From the NCBI GenBank assembly GCA_964586595.1, contig CAZPHB010000001.1:263849-327848 (forward strand): DNA of 64,000 bases. The letters are read 5' to 3'. Below are positions 1 to 8,497 of this stretch, piece by piece; positions within the stretch are counted from its first letter, which is position 1, and every line of letters starts with the position of its first letter. This stretch comes from an uncultured Flavobacteriaceae bacterium (GTDB lineage Bacteria; Bacteroidota; Bacteroidia; NS11-12g; UBA955). The translations under genes were made by a program, and so were the position numbers. The notes beneath the pieces are model-generated. The model had not been told where the DNA came from. It made no database searches and saw nothing but the letters and a program-made list of their open reading frames with translations.

Positions 1-446
1 GCCTTGGCGATATAACCGGTATGACCGGTAAACCCGGGCTCATGGACTGCAACCGTAGCTTTATCTAAAGGTGCGGTGACCATCGCGTCCAGTTTACCGG
101 CAACGGCATCAGCAACACAGGCTTTGAGCGAAGCCAATGCTTCGGCACCGGCATCTGGTGATGGTTTACCCGGCTCAATTTCAATGGGTGTATCGCTGCT
201 CACCACCAAATTCAAGCGCCCGGGTTGTGCTTCTTCTGCAGTTTTCACCAAGGTGTACAGCGGTGCCTGAATTTCAGCACCGGCATTTAGCTTCTTATAG
301 AATACATAGCTTCTGGGTGAGGCATACAATATCGGAATGATGCGGCGCATGATGGATTCCTGCGCACAGGCCAATTGGATCAATTCAAGCCCAATACCAT
401 TTGGATCACCCTGAGTAATCCCGATCCGCATGTGTTTATGCTCCAT
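1..446 (-). CDS. pdxA: 4-hydroxythreonine-4-phosphate dehydrogenase PdxA, partial (N-terminal part only; the rest lies beyond the window edge)
   Basis: Minus-strand translation from the ATG at 444-446 reads MEHKHMRIGITQGDPNGIGLELI...VTAPLDKATVAVHEPGFTGHTGYIAK, a typical PdxA N-terminus. The frame runs off position 1. It overlaps the pepA stop by about 10 nt. An alternative start is the ATG at 429-431 (MRIGIT). Confidence 0.75.
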   Translation of the reverse strand, partial: MEHKHMRIGITQGDPNGIGLELIQLACAQESIMRRIIPILYASPRSYVFYKKLNAGAEIQAPLYTLVKTAEEAQPGRLNLVVSSDTPIEIEPGKPSPDAGAEALASLKACVADAVAGKLDAMVTAPLDKATVAVHEPGFTGHTGYIAK

Positions 447-1908
447 GTTTAATTCTATTTTTTAAAAACGCAAGTACCAATCGCACCCCAACGCCCGTTC
501 CTCCTTTGGTAATGTATCCATTGGGCTGATGCGCATAGGCAGTTCCTGCAATATCCAGATGCAGCCAAGGGTAGTCGGTGAAATTACGCAAGAACATTGC
601 AGCGGTTTGTGCGCCACCCTCTGCTTTACCCAAATTTTTCAGGTCGCTGATGTCGCCTTTCATTTCTTCTGCATATTCTTCCCAAAGGGGCAACTCCGCC
701 AAACGCTCATAAACCTGTTCGCCGGCTGCTTTGAGCGAGGCTTTTACCGGTTCAGCGGCATTGCCCATCATGGCACTGCCATAAGTTCCCAATGCACGTG
801 CAGCTGCACCGGTTAATGTTGCAAAATCCAGGACCAGTTCGGGTTTATATTTTTGGGCATAACTCAGCGCATCGGCCAGGATTAAACGACCTTCTGCATC
901 GGTATTCAATACTTCAACGGTTAAACCTTTATGTGTTTCGATGATGTCACCCGGGCAAATGGCGTCTTCTCCGGGACGATTATCGGTGGCAGGAATCAAT
1001 CCAATGAGGTGTATGGGCAATTTTAGCGCAGCTGCAGCCTGGAAAACTCCGGCAACCACTGCAGATCCAGCCATATCACATTTCATGTAATCCATGCTTT
1101 GAGGTGTTGGTTTCAAACTCAAACCACCCGTATCAAACACCACCCCCTTGCCTACCAATACTATTGGATGCTTGTTTACGATTTTTTCCGGCTTGTACTC
1201 CATCACCACAAACACCGGTTCCTGTTTGCTTCCCTTATTCACGGCGATCAACCCGCCAAATTTCTGCGCGCGAATCCTGGACAAGTTCCAAACATCCACA
1301 GAAAAGCCAAAATCATTGCCCATTTGGACTATTGATTGTCCCAACTGTTTTGCCGTTTGGTGGTTGGATGGAAGATTCACCAAGTCCCTTGCGGCAAATA
1401 CCGCTTCTGTAATGCGCTTCAAAGCTGTGGAATGATCCTTTTTAAAGCCATCGGAAACAACCTCAGTAATTTCCGGTTGCGCTTGATGATCCGGGTTGGA
1501 TTTAAATCGATCAAAACGATAGGAAGCAAGCATAAACCCTTCGATAAACGCTTCTGTGTATGCTGCTTTATTTTGAGTATCAACCAAACGTATGGGCCCG
1601 GCTGCCGCGTGTTTGGCAGCAGCATAAACGCTTGCACCACTTTTCCTCAAACGTTCGTATTCAGACGCTTCTTTCTGAACACCTGTGCATTCAAACCAGA
1701 ACGTACTGGTGGATGTCTGGGTATGGAAGCTGTATTTTTTCTCATTCAATCGCTGCTCAAGCAGCAGCAACAGTTCTTCATCAAATCCGGCAATACGGAG
1801 GTCGGCAGGCTTTTCATACAACCAGATGACGGCCTTCACCGACATGGAGGTTTCTTTCACGTTTTTAGCTGCAACCTTTTCTTTCTTGTTTTTCTTCGAA
1901 ACACCCAT
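436..1908 (-). CDS. pepA: Leucyl aminopeptidase, M17 family (cytosol aminopeptidase)
   Basis: 490-aa ORF carrying the M17 signature NTDAEGRLILADAL plus metal-ligand context (VGKGVVFDTGG, MKCDMAG). The first ATG at 1906-1908 abuts the T-tract of the upstream atp terminator. An in-frame ATG at 1843-1845 (MSVKAVIWLY...) is therefore a plausible true start. Confidence 0.9.
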   Translation of the reverse strand: MGVSKKNKKEKVAAKNVKETSMSVKAVIWLYEKPADLRIAGFDEELLLLLEQRLNEKKYSFHTQTSTSTFWFECTGVQKEASEYERLRKSGASVYAAAKHAAAGPIRLVDTQNKAAYTEAFIEGFMLASYRFDRFKSNPDHQAQPEITEVVSDGFKKDHSTALKRITEAVFAARDLVNLPSNHQTAKQLGQSIVQMGNDFGFSVDVWNLSRIRAQKFGGLIAVNKGSKQEPVFVVMEYKPEKIVNKHPIVLVGKGVVFDTGGLSLKPTPQSMDYMKCDMAGSAVVAGVFQAAAALKLPIHLIGLIPATDNRPGEDAICPGDIIETHKGLTVEVLNTDAEGRLILADALSYAQKYKPELVLDFATLTGAAARALGTYGSAMMGNAAEPVKASLKAAGEQVYERLAELPLWEEYAEEMKGDISDLKNLGKAEGGAQTAAMFLRNFTDYPWLHLDIAGTAYAHQPNGYITKGGTGVGVRLVLAFLKNRIKHGA

Positions 1909-1944
1909 AAAAAAGACAAGGGCGAAACTAATGCTTCGCCCTTG
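1909..1944 (-). terminator. Rho-independent terminator of the atp operon (downstream of atpG)
   Basis: Read on the minus strand: CAAGGGCGAA-GCATTAGT-TTCGCCCTTG (10-bp perfect stem, 1917-1926 / 1935-1944) followed by TCTTTTTT (complement of the A-run at 1909-1916). It starts about 25 nt after the atpG stop. Confidence 0.55.
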
Positions 1945-1968
1945 TAAATGGTTCAGTAAAACGAGGAA

Positions 1969-2844
1969 TTATCCCTGCAGTGCCGCTGCACCACCCACAA
2001 TTTCAGAGATTTCACGTGTAATGGCTGCCTGACGTGCCTGGTTATAGGCCAATCTAAGGCTGCGCAACAGTTCGCCGGCATTATCGGTTGCTTTATCCAT
2101 GGCCACCATCCGTGCTCCATGCTCGGAAGCATGTGAATCCAGGACGGCACGGTAAAGCTGTGTTTTTAAACTCCTTGGGATGAGTTCCTGCAGGATGGCC
2201 ACTTTTCCCGGTTCAAACAAGTAATCGTTCTTCTTTTTGCCAGAAGATTGATTCATTTCAACGGGAAGGAACACTTCATTGGTAAGGATTTGTGTCGCCG
2301 CGTTTTTGAACTGGTTGTACACCAATTCCACACGGTCGTATTTACCGCTCATGTAGGCTTCCAGAATCCAATCACCAGCTTCAAAAACGGAAGCTGCGCT
2401 CAGATTTCCGAAAATCCCCATAAAATCCATCTGAAACTGGAATTTGTGACGGCGAAAAAACTCAAAAGCTTTTTTACCAATGGGAAGCATGGTCACGTTG
2501 CCTGCCTGATATTGCGCCTGATACTTTCCTTCAATGAGGGAGCGCGTGCGTCGAATCACGTTGGTATTGAATGCTCCGCACAATCCACGATCGCTGGAAA
2601 TCACAACCAGCAGCACCCTTTCGGCAGCGTTGCCGGAAAAATACCTTGCAAGTGTTTCATCTTCCACCGAATCTTCCAGATTGGCCATTACTTCCTTCAA
2701 CTTGGCTGCATAGGGGCGCATGCGGACAATACCGTCCGTTGCCCTGCGCAACTTCGTGGCAGAAACCAATTTCATCGCTTTGGTGATCTGCTGCGTAGAA
2801 ATTGTTGAGGATATGCGGCTTCGAATTTCCTTCAGGTTGGCCAT
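1969..2844 (-). CDS. atpG: F0F1 ATP synthase subunit gamma
   Basis: 291 aa. N-terminus MANLKEIRSRISSTISTQQITKAMKLVSATKLRRA and C-terminus QARQAAITREISEIVGGAAAL match conserved gamma-subunit motifs. It sits directly downstream of atpA. Confidence 0.95.
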   Translation of the reverse strand: MANLKEIRSRISSTISTQQITKAMKLVSATKLRRATDGIVRMRPYAAKLKEVMANLEDSVEDETLARYFSGNAAERVLLVVISSDRGLCGAFNTNVIRRTRSLIEGKYQAQYQAGNVTMLPIGKKAFEFFRRHKFQFQMDFMGIFGNLSAASVFEAGDWILEAYMSGKYDRVELVYNQFKNAATQILTNEVFLPVEMNQSSGKKKNDYLFEPGKVAILQELIPRSLKTQLYRAVLDSHASEHGARMVAMDKATDNAGELLRSLRLAYNQARQAAITREISEIVGGAAALQG

Positions 2845-2853
2845 GGGTTGTCT

Positions 2854-4437
2854 TTAGGCTGCGGCGAAACTTTTTGCTACTTCTTTGCAGGCTGATTCCA
2901 ACACAGCGGTAATGCTGTCGTCAATTTTACCTGCCTTGATCTGGTCAAGTACATCACGATGCTTGGCATCCAGATATTCGAGGTATTGCTGTTCGAATTC
3001 GCGCACACGATTCACAGGAATGCTGCGGAGCAAACCGTTGGTACCACAGTAGATGATGGCTACCTGCTTTTCCACAGAAACCGGTGAAAACTGGCCCTGC
3101 TTCAGAACTTCAACGTTTCTTGATCCTTTGTCGAGTACCGCTTTTGTAGCAGCGTCAAGGTCGGATCCGAATTTCGCAAATGCTTCCAATTCGCGGTACT
3201 GCGCCTGATCGAGTTTCAGGGTACCTGCAACTTTTTTCATGGATTTAATTTGCGCATTACCACCAACACGGCTCACCGAAATACCTACGTTGATCGCAGG
3301 ACGCACGCCTGAGTTGAACAGGTTCGACTCAAGGAAAATTTGTCCGTCGGTGATGGAAATCACGTTGGTAGGAATATACGCAGATACGTCACCAGCCTGG
3401 GTTTCGATGATGGGCAGTGCGGTTAGGGAACCTCCACCCTTTACTTTATCTTTCAGGTTTTCAGGCAAATCGTTCATGCCACGGGTGATTTCATCGCTGG
3501 CATTGAGCTTACAAGCCCGCTCGAGCAACCTGCTGTGCAGGTAAAATACGTCACCCGGATATGCTTCGCGTCCTGGAGGACGACGCAGCAGCAGCGACAC
3601 TTCGCGGTACGCCACAGCCTGCTTGGACAAGTCGTCATAAACAACGAGTGCGGCATGGCCCTGGTCGCGGAAGAACTCTCCAACAGCAGCACCCGACATT
3701 GGGGCAAAGAACTGCAAAGGAGCAGCTGCACTGGCTGGAGCCGAAACAACCACAGTATAGGCCATGGCTCCGTGCTCTTCCAATGATTTAACAACCTGTT
3801 TTACGGTTGATTCTTTCTGACCGCAGGCAACGTAGATACAATATACAGGCTTGCCTGCATCAAAATTCTGGCGCTGGTTGATGATGGTATCAATGGCCAC
3901 AGCAGTTTTACCTGTCTGACGGTCACCGATGATCAATTCCCTTTGACCACGGCCAATAGGAATCATGGCGTCGATTGCCTTGATGCCGGTTTGCAGTGGT
4001 TCTTTAACCGGTTCGCGGTACAATACACCCGGAGCTTTGCGTTCCAGTGGCATTTCATACACGTCACCTTCAATAGGTCCTTTCCCGTCAACGGGTTCAC
4101 CAAGTGTATTTACCACACGTCCAAGCATACCGAAGCCCACAGGAACGGATGCAATTTTGCGGGTACGGCGAACAATATCACCTTCTTTAACCGCGGTGCT
4201 GCTGCCGAGCAATACCGCACCAACATTATCTTCTTCCAAGTTCAGTACTACGGCACGAATACCGTTTTCAAATTCCACGAGCTCACCACTTTGTACACTG
4301 GTGAGGCCATAGATGCGGGCAATGCCGTCACCTACCTGCAGCACGGTACCTACTTCTTCAAGATTGGTACCTGCACTGAAGCCAGAAATCTGTTCTTTGA
4401 GAATGGCTGATACCTCGTCTGGTCTGATCTGTGCCAT
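2854..4437 (-). CDS. atpA: F0F1 ATP synthase subunit alpha
   Basis: 527 aa. Walker A GDRQTGKT and the alpha-subunit signature region ...[19 protein letters not shown]... are present. Operon context supports the call. Confidence 0.97.
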   Translation of the reverse strand: MAQIRPDEVSAILKEQISGFSAGTNLEEVGTVLQVGDGIARIYGLTSVQSGELVEFENGIRAVVLNLEEDNVGAVLLGSSTAVKEGDIVRRTRKIASVPVGFGMLGRVVNTLGEPVDGKGPIEGDVYEMPLERKAPGVLYREPVKEPLQTGIKAIDAMIPIGRGQRELIIGDRQTGKTAVAIDTIINQRQNFDAGKPVYCIYVACGQKESTVKQVVKSLEEHGAMAYTVVVSAPASAAAPLQFFAPMSGAAVGEFFRDQGHAALVVYDDLSKQAVAYREVSLLLRRPPGREAYPGDVFYLHSRLLERACKLNASDEITRGMNDLPENLKDKVKGGGSLTALPIIETQAGDVSAYIPTNVISITDGQIFLESNLFNSGVRPAINVGISVSRVGGNAQIKSMKKVAGTLKLDQAQYRELEAFAKFGSDLDAATKAVLDKGSRNVEVLKQGQFSPVSVEKQVAIIYCGTNGLLRSIPVNRVREFEQQYLEYLDAKHRDVLDQIKAGKIDDSITAVLESACKEVAKSFAAA

Positions 4438-4438
4438 G

Positions 4439-4978
4439 TTATGCTATGTTTAGTTCTTTTTTAAGTTTGTTGATTTGGTTGTGAATGCTGGTGTCATAAA
4501 TCCTGTCTTTGAAACGGATAATCACACCGCCGATGATGGATTGATCTTTCTTCACGATCAGTTCCACATGCTGCGCACCGGTTTGTGCTTTTATAAATGC
4601 TGTGACCGTGTTCAGTGCATCTGAATCCAGGTCACTCGCAGCGGTTACTGTTGCCTCTACAATTCCTTTTTTCAGGTTGAATTCAGCCAAAAAAGCAGCA
4701 GCAATTTCAGGCAACATCATTTCCCTGTTCTTGGCAAGGGAAAGTTTGAATACTTCTTTGGAATTGTTGTGAAAATCTTTACACACAGCTTCCAGGGCGT
4801 TTGCTTTCACGTCCTTGGGAATTACCGGGCTGTTGAGAAATGCTCTGAATTCGCGATTGGCATGACTCAAAGACACCAAGGTTTTCATATCTCCGGCCAC
4901 CGCTTCATCATGTCCTCCTTCAACGGCTTTCAGATACAACGCATGAGCGTATCTTGAAGCAATTCTGTAGTTTGACAT
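4439..4978 (-). CDS. atpH: F0F1 ATP synthase subunit delta (OSCP)
   Basis: 179-aa ORF between atpF and atpA. Delta/OSCP-like N-terminus ([14 protein letters not shown]) and C-terminal [23 protein letters not shown] motif. Confidence 0.85.
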   Translation of the reverse strand: MSNYRIASRYAHALYLKAVEGGHDEAVAGDMKTLVSLSHANREFRAFLNSPVIPKDVKANALEAVCKDFHNNSKEVFKLSLAKNREMMLPEIAAAFLAEFNLKKGIVEATVTAASDLDSDALNTVTAFIKAQTGAQHVELIVKKDQSIIGGVIIRFKDRIYDTSIHNQINKLKKELNIA

Positions 4979-4983
4979 AGCAG

Positions 4984-5490
4984 TTAAGAAGCGCTGTTTG
5001 AATCCTGTGTTCCGAGTTTGCTCAAGTGGTCGTTGATGATGGCTCGTTGCGCCTCATTGTCTTCCATGTGCCTGCCAACAAGCTTGCCAGCGATTTCCAG
5101 GGAAAACCCGGCAACCTGCTGTTTGAGCTCATTGATGGCAGCACCCTTTTGACGGTCAATTTCCACCTGTGCCTTCTCAATCATTTTGCGCGCTTCATCA
5201 TCTGCTATTTTCTTGGCATCGCTGATCATTTTCTCCTTAATGTCACGGGCTTCACGCAGAATTTTATCGCGTTCCAGCCTGGCTTCCGCCAGCAACACTT
5301 CGTTTTGATCCTTGAGTTCAGAGATCTCCAAACGCGCTTTTTCGGCACTTTTCAGCGCCGCATCAATAGATTCCTCCCGTTCCTTAATAAGGTTCAGGAT
5401 GGGTTTCCAGGCAAGACGCCCAAGCAAAAACACCACAGCCAAAAAGGCTATCGATGTCCATATAATGGTTCCTAATCCGGCTGATAACAT
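4984..5490 (-). CDS. atpF: F0F1 ATP synthase subunit b
   Basis: 168 aa with a single N-terminal TM helix (IIWTSIAFLAVVFLLGRLAWKPI) followed by a long charged coiled coil. Position between atpE and atpH fits the b subunit. Confidence 0.88.
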   Translation of the reverse strand: MLSAGLGTIIWTSIAFLAVVFLLGRLAWKPILNLIKEREESIDAALKSAEKARLEISELKDQNEVLLAEARLERDKILREARDIKEKMISDAKKIADDEARKMIEKAQVEIDRQKGAAINELKQQVAGFSLEIAGKLVGRHMEDNEAQRAIINDHLSKLGTQDSNSAS

Positions 5491-5518
5491 GTTTTTTCTT
5501 TTTCAATGGTTAAGAAAA

Positions 5519-5543
5519 GGAGCCGGTTGCAAGCACCGGCTCC
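5519..5543 (-). terminator. Intra-operon stem-loop (partial terminator / mRNA stabiliser) between atpE and atpF
   Basis: GGAGCCGGT-(7 nt loop)-ACCGGCTCC, a 9-bp perfect inverted repeat 10 nt after the atpE stop. On the transcribed strand it is followed by TTTTCTTAACC. It sits 29 nt before the atpF ATG. Confidence 0.4.
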
Positions 5544-5553
5544 TGAAATTTCA

Positions 5554-5796
5554 TTAACCCAGTACTACGAGCAGACAAACGATTACTGCAAACAGGGCAA
5601 CACCTTCAATCAACGCCGCGGCAACAATCATGTTGGCGCGAATGTCGCCTGTTGCTTCAGGCTGACGTGCGATGCTTTCGAGTGCTGAACCGCCGATACG
5701 GCCAATACCGATACCTGCGCCTACTGCTGCAATACCTGCTCCGATTCCGGCATAACCGGCTGCGGCAGTTTCAAGAAGAATGGTTAACATTTCCAT
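5554..5796 (-). CDS. atpE: F0F1 ATP synthase subunit c (proteolipid)
   Basis: 80 aa with two TM helices, the conserved GIGAGIAAVGAGIGIGRIGG glycine zipper, and the essential carboxylate in ...ALIEGVALFAVIV... Confidence 0.92.
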   Translation of the reverse strand: MEMLTILLETAAAGYAGIGAGIAAVGAGIGIGRIGGSALESIARQPEATGDIRANMIVAAALIEGVALFAVIVCLLVVLG

Positions 5797-5820
5797 GTTT
5801 TATAGTTGATGGTTTGGTTT

Positions 5821-6999
5821 TTAATGATGATGGGGTTCTTCTACCGCACTGCCAAAATAGATGGCCGCAAGTAGGGTAAATACATACGCCTGAAGAAAGG
5901 CAACCAGCAGTTCAATCACATTCATGAATACCATGAACAACAATGAACCTACGCCTACTCCATAACCTGCTCCTGCGCTTTGTTGTCCGAAGATGAAGAT
6001 CAGGCTGACGAAGGAAAGGATGATGATATGCCCTGCAGTGATGTTCGCGGTTAAACGAATCATCAACACTGCCGGCTTGATGAAAATCCCCAGGATTTCA
6101 ATGGGAACAAGTATGAACTTAATAGGAACCGGAACGCCATGGGGCCAAAGGATGTGTACCCAATAATTCTTGTTTCCATTAAGGGTGGTGATGATGAATA
6201 CTACGGTGGCCAAAACCAAGGTTACGCCGAGTGTACCCATTACGTTGAAACCTCCGAGGAACGGAATCAGTCCGAGGATGTTCGCCATCCAGATAAAGAA
6301 GAATGAGCTCAACAGGAATGGCATGAACTTATCCGCCTTCTTCGCACCGATGCTGGGCACCGCAACCTCATCGCGGATGAACAGGATGAGCGGTTCCATA
6401 AAAGACTGCAGCCCTTTAGGAGCCATGCCCCTCCGTTTCTTATATGAAGAAGCAACGGCCAGGAACATGATGATTACCAAAGCACCGGCCAGGAATAAAC
6501 CTGCCACGCTTTTGGTAATGGATAAATCTAAGGGTTTCACATTGGCAGGATGACCGTGGTCGTCGAGGGTCAGACCGCCTTCCGCGTTTGCTTCATAAAT
6601 CTGTTCGTGGAACATAATGAATCCATCATGCTCCATATAATGTTCGTGACTGCTGTCAATCGTTTTCTGATTGTGGTAGAAGTGTGCACTGCTGAAAACC
6701 TTCCAACCGGAACTGGTTTTCAGGATGATGGGCAGATAAAGACTGTAATGCTTTTCATCTGCAGTACCTTCATTAAGGGTAAAGAAATGGATTTCGTGTG
6801 CATCAGAAATGTGGTGCATGATCATTTCACCCGCGTTGAATGCTTTTTTCGTTGCGGAATGTGCACTGTCTGATCCGGTTTGTGCCGAAGCCATCAGGCT
6901 GTTGAAACCAACAAAAGCAGTCAAAAACGCGCAAAATGCAGTTTTGACGATAAAATCTGAAAGAGACTTAGTTGCGGAAACCCTAGTTTTTTCGGCCAT
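5821..6999 (-). CDS. atpB: F0F1 ATP synthase subunit a with the long N-terminal extension typical of Bacteroidota
   Basis: 392 aa. The C-terminal half (NITAGHIIILSFV..., LQAYVFTLLAAIYF) is a canonical a-subunit. The N-terminal ~150 aa extension carries a signal-like segment. It overlaps the upstream gene by 17 nt. Confidence 0.9.
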   Translation of the reverse strand: MAEKTRVSATKSLSDFIVKTAFCAFLTAFVGFNSLMASAQTGSDSAHSATKKAFNAGEMIMHHISDAHEIHFFTLNEGTADEKHYSLYLPIILKTSSGWKVFSSAHFYHNQKTIDSSHEHYMEHDGFIMFHEQIYEANAEGGLTLDDHGHPANVKPLDLSITKSVAGLFLAGALVIIMFLAVASSYKKRRGMAPKGLQSFMEPLILFIRDEVAVPSIGAKKADKFMPFLLSSFFFIWMANILGLIPFLGGFNVMGTLGVTLVLATVVFIITTLNGNKNYWVHILWPHGVPVPIKFILVPIEILGIFIKPAVLMIRLTANITAGHIIILSFVSLIFIFGQQSAGAGYGVGVGSLLFMVFMNVIELLVAFLQAYVFTLLAAIYFGSAVEEPHHH

Positions 7000-7393
7000 C
7001 TTCTGAAACGGGCGTTTCTTTTAAATCGGGGCGCAAGTTAGGAAGGATTGCAACAATTTCAAAAAAGGTGAACACGAAGTAACAAATAAAAAAAACTGCG
7101 ACAAATGTGAAGTCTGGTTTTCCTTTTCTCATTGCCACAATGACGATAAAAACAATGGACATCATCATGCGGAACAAATTGTTCAGCATCAGGAAGCGCA
7201 CGTGATTTTTGGGATCCTTCACGAACTTCATGTTCATGCGATGGGTGAACAGCGTCAGGGCCCACAGAAAAAAAACCGACAGCCACCATGTTGGGTCAGG
7301 TGTTTGTTGCGCGAAGGCCGCATATAAACCCAAGCCCGATGCCAATACCAAAGCCAAAACGGAAACCTTCACAACAAAAGTCAAGCGCTTCAT
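6983..7393 (-). CDS. Hypothetical 4-TM membrane protein inside the atp operon (possible AtpI-like accessory protein)
   Basis: 136-aa ORF, strongly hydrophobic (four predicted TM segments), wedged between the atpZ-like gene and atpB. I recognise no catalytic motif. Confidence 0.55.
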   Translation of the reverse strand: MKRLTFVVKVSVLALVLASGLGLYAAFAQQTPDPTWWLSVFFLWALTLFTHRMNMKFVKDPKNHVRFLMLNNLFRMMMSIVFIVIVAMRKGKPDFTFVAVFFICYFVFTFFEIVAILPNLRPDLKETPVSEDGRKN

Positions 7394-7408
7394 GCTGCAA
7401 GATTAAGC

Positions 7409-7621
7409 CTACAATTTTGAAATGAAGCGGTACAGGGCAAAAATCACCCCGCTAAGTGCGCATATTAAGGTGTAGAGTGGGAAATCTGGAGGATAAGTAC
7501 GATCAAGCCAGCGCCCGGAAAAAACAGCAACCAGTATGATGGCGGCCATTTCCACTGCCATGCCTGCAAATTCCAGAAAACGTTCAGGCTTCTGCAGCCG
7601 CCGGTTGGGCTGATTTGACAT
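7409..7621 (-). CDS. AtpZ/AtpI family protein (small two-TM ATP synthase-associated protein)
   Basis: 70 aa reading MSNQPNRRLQKPERFLEFAGMAVEMAAIILVAVFSGRWLD...LYTLICALSGVIFALYRFISKL. This is the typical AtpZ pattern of a charged N-terminus followed by two TM helices. It lies immediately upstream of the atp structural genes. Its 5' end overlaps the bactofilin gene by 38 nt. Confidence 0.7.
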   Translation of the reverse strand: MSNQPNRRLQKPERFLEFAGMAVEMAAIILVAVFSGRWLDRTYPPDFPLYTLICALSGVIFALYRFISKL

Positions 7622-8006
7622 GGGCGGCAGGCTTCACATGGTCCGTTTTTGCCACACTCATGGAACACTGACCATTAAACTGAGCGCCGCTTTCGATGAT
7701 GATTTTTTCTGTGGTAATGTCTCCGTCAATGCGCGCAGAAGCTTTCAACAGCAATGTTTCAGCAACTGAAATATTGCCTTTGAGTCTTCCGGCAATGGTG
7801 GCATGACGGGCATGAATGTTCCCTTCAACGGTGCTTGCTTCACCAATAACCAATCTTGATTTTGCCTGAATATTCCCTTCAATATTTCCATCGATGCGGA
7901 TGTCGCCTTCGGAAATCAAATCCCCCGTTACCGAAGTCCCGGAACCAATGATGTTCAGCAAACCCGGAGTTGATTGCTCTGTGTTTTCTTTATTCTTGTT
8001 GAACAT
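7584..8006 (-). CDS. Bactofilin (CcmA-like polymer-forming cytoskeletal protein)
   Basis: Repetitive beta-helical bactofilin core: GDLISEGDIRIDGNIEGNIQAKSRLVIGEASTVEGNIHARHATIAGRLKGNISVAETLLLKASARIDGDITTEKIIIESGAQFNG. The ORF track begins at a TTG (8028-8030). I place the start at the in-frame ATG at 8004-8006 (MFNKNKEN...), which sits 21 nt downstream of a TACCTTTG -7 box. Confidence 0.85.
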   Translation of the reverse strand: MFNKNKENTEQSTPGLLNIIGSGTSVTGDLISEGDIRIDGNIEGNIQAKSRLVIGEASTVEGNIHARHATIAGRLKGNISVAETLLLKASARIDGDITTEKIIIESGAQFNGQCSMSVAKTDHVKPAAHVKSAQPAAAEA

Positions 8007-8027
8007 AAGCAAAGCGCTTGAAGCGTT

Positions 8028-8035
8028 CAAAGGTA
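8028..8035 (-). promoter_or_regulatory. Bacteroidota sigma-A type -7 promoter element (TAnnTTTG) for the bactofilin-atp operon
   Basis: On the minus strand the sequence is TACCTTTG (complement of 8028-8035), 21 nt upstream of the bactofilin ATG. It matches the TAnnTTTG consensus of Bacteroidetes primary-sigma promoters. Confidence 0.4.
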
Positions 8036-8060
8036 AAAAAGAATGTTCATTAAATGTGAA

Positions 8061-8441
8061 TTACTTTTTCGCTGCGGGCGGAGTCATGCGGGAAGAATCC
8101 CAAACTTCCTCTCCTCCATTGATGATGATCCTCAAGGCCTCCTGTTTTTCCAAACCGGCCTTTTGTTGCCTGGTGAGTTCCTCCACTTCCTGAGTAAGTT
8201 CAATGATGGCCGCGTTGTCGCTTACCTTTCCATAACCCGGAACCAGTTGCCGCACCGGGGTGTACGCAATCAGTGCAAAAATGATCAGGGTGAACAGCAA
8301 CAAAGAGGAACTGGCAAGCATCAATACGTTCATGGGCGTAAGACGAATGGAAAAAACTTCTGCGAAAGAACCATCGTTGATCAGAACCAAACGGTATTTG
8401 TTCTTTAATTTCTTGAGTATTTTCTGTTTTTTTGAATCCAT
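8061..8441 (-). CDS. Hypothetical single-pass membrane / coiled-coil protein; resembles the N-terminal part of M23/LytM-type peptidases but lacks a peptidase domain
   Basis: The start is placed at the internal Met (MDSKKQKILKKLKNKYRLVLINDGSFAEVF...). It has one TM helix (LMLASSSLLLFTLIIFALIAY) and a coiled-coil stretch. The ORF-track N-terminal extension would overlap the divergent TPR gene, so it is rejected. Confidence 0.5.
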   Translation of the reverse strand: MDSKKQKILKKLKNKYRLVLINDGSFAEVFSIRLTPMNVLMLASSSLLLFTLIIFALIAYTPVRQLVPGYGKVSDNAAIIELTQEVEELTRQQKAGLEKQEALRIIINGGEEVWDSSRMTPPAAKK

Positions 8442-8497
8442 TTCCCTCTGGGGCAATAAAGAAAACCGTTCGAAGTTAAAGGATTTTACCACTATCC

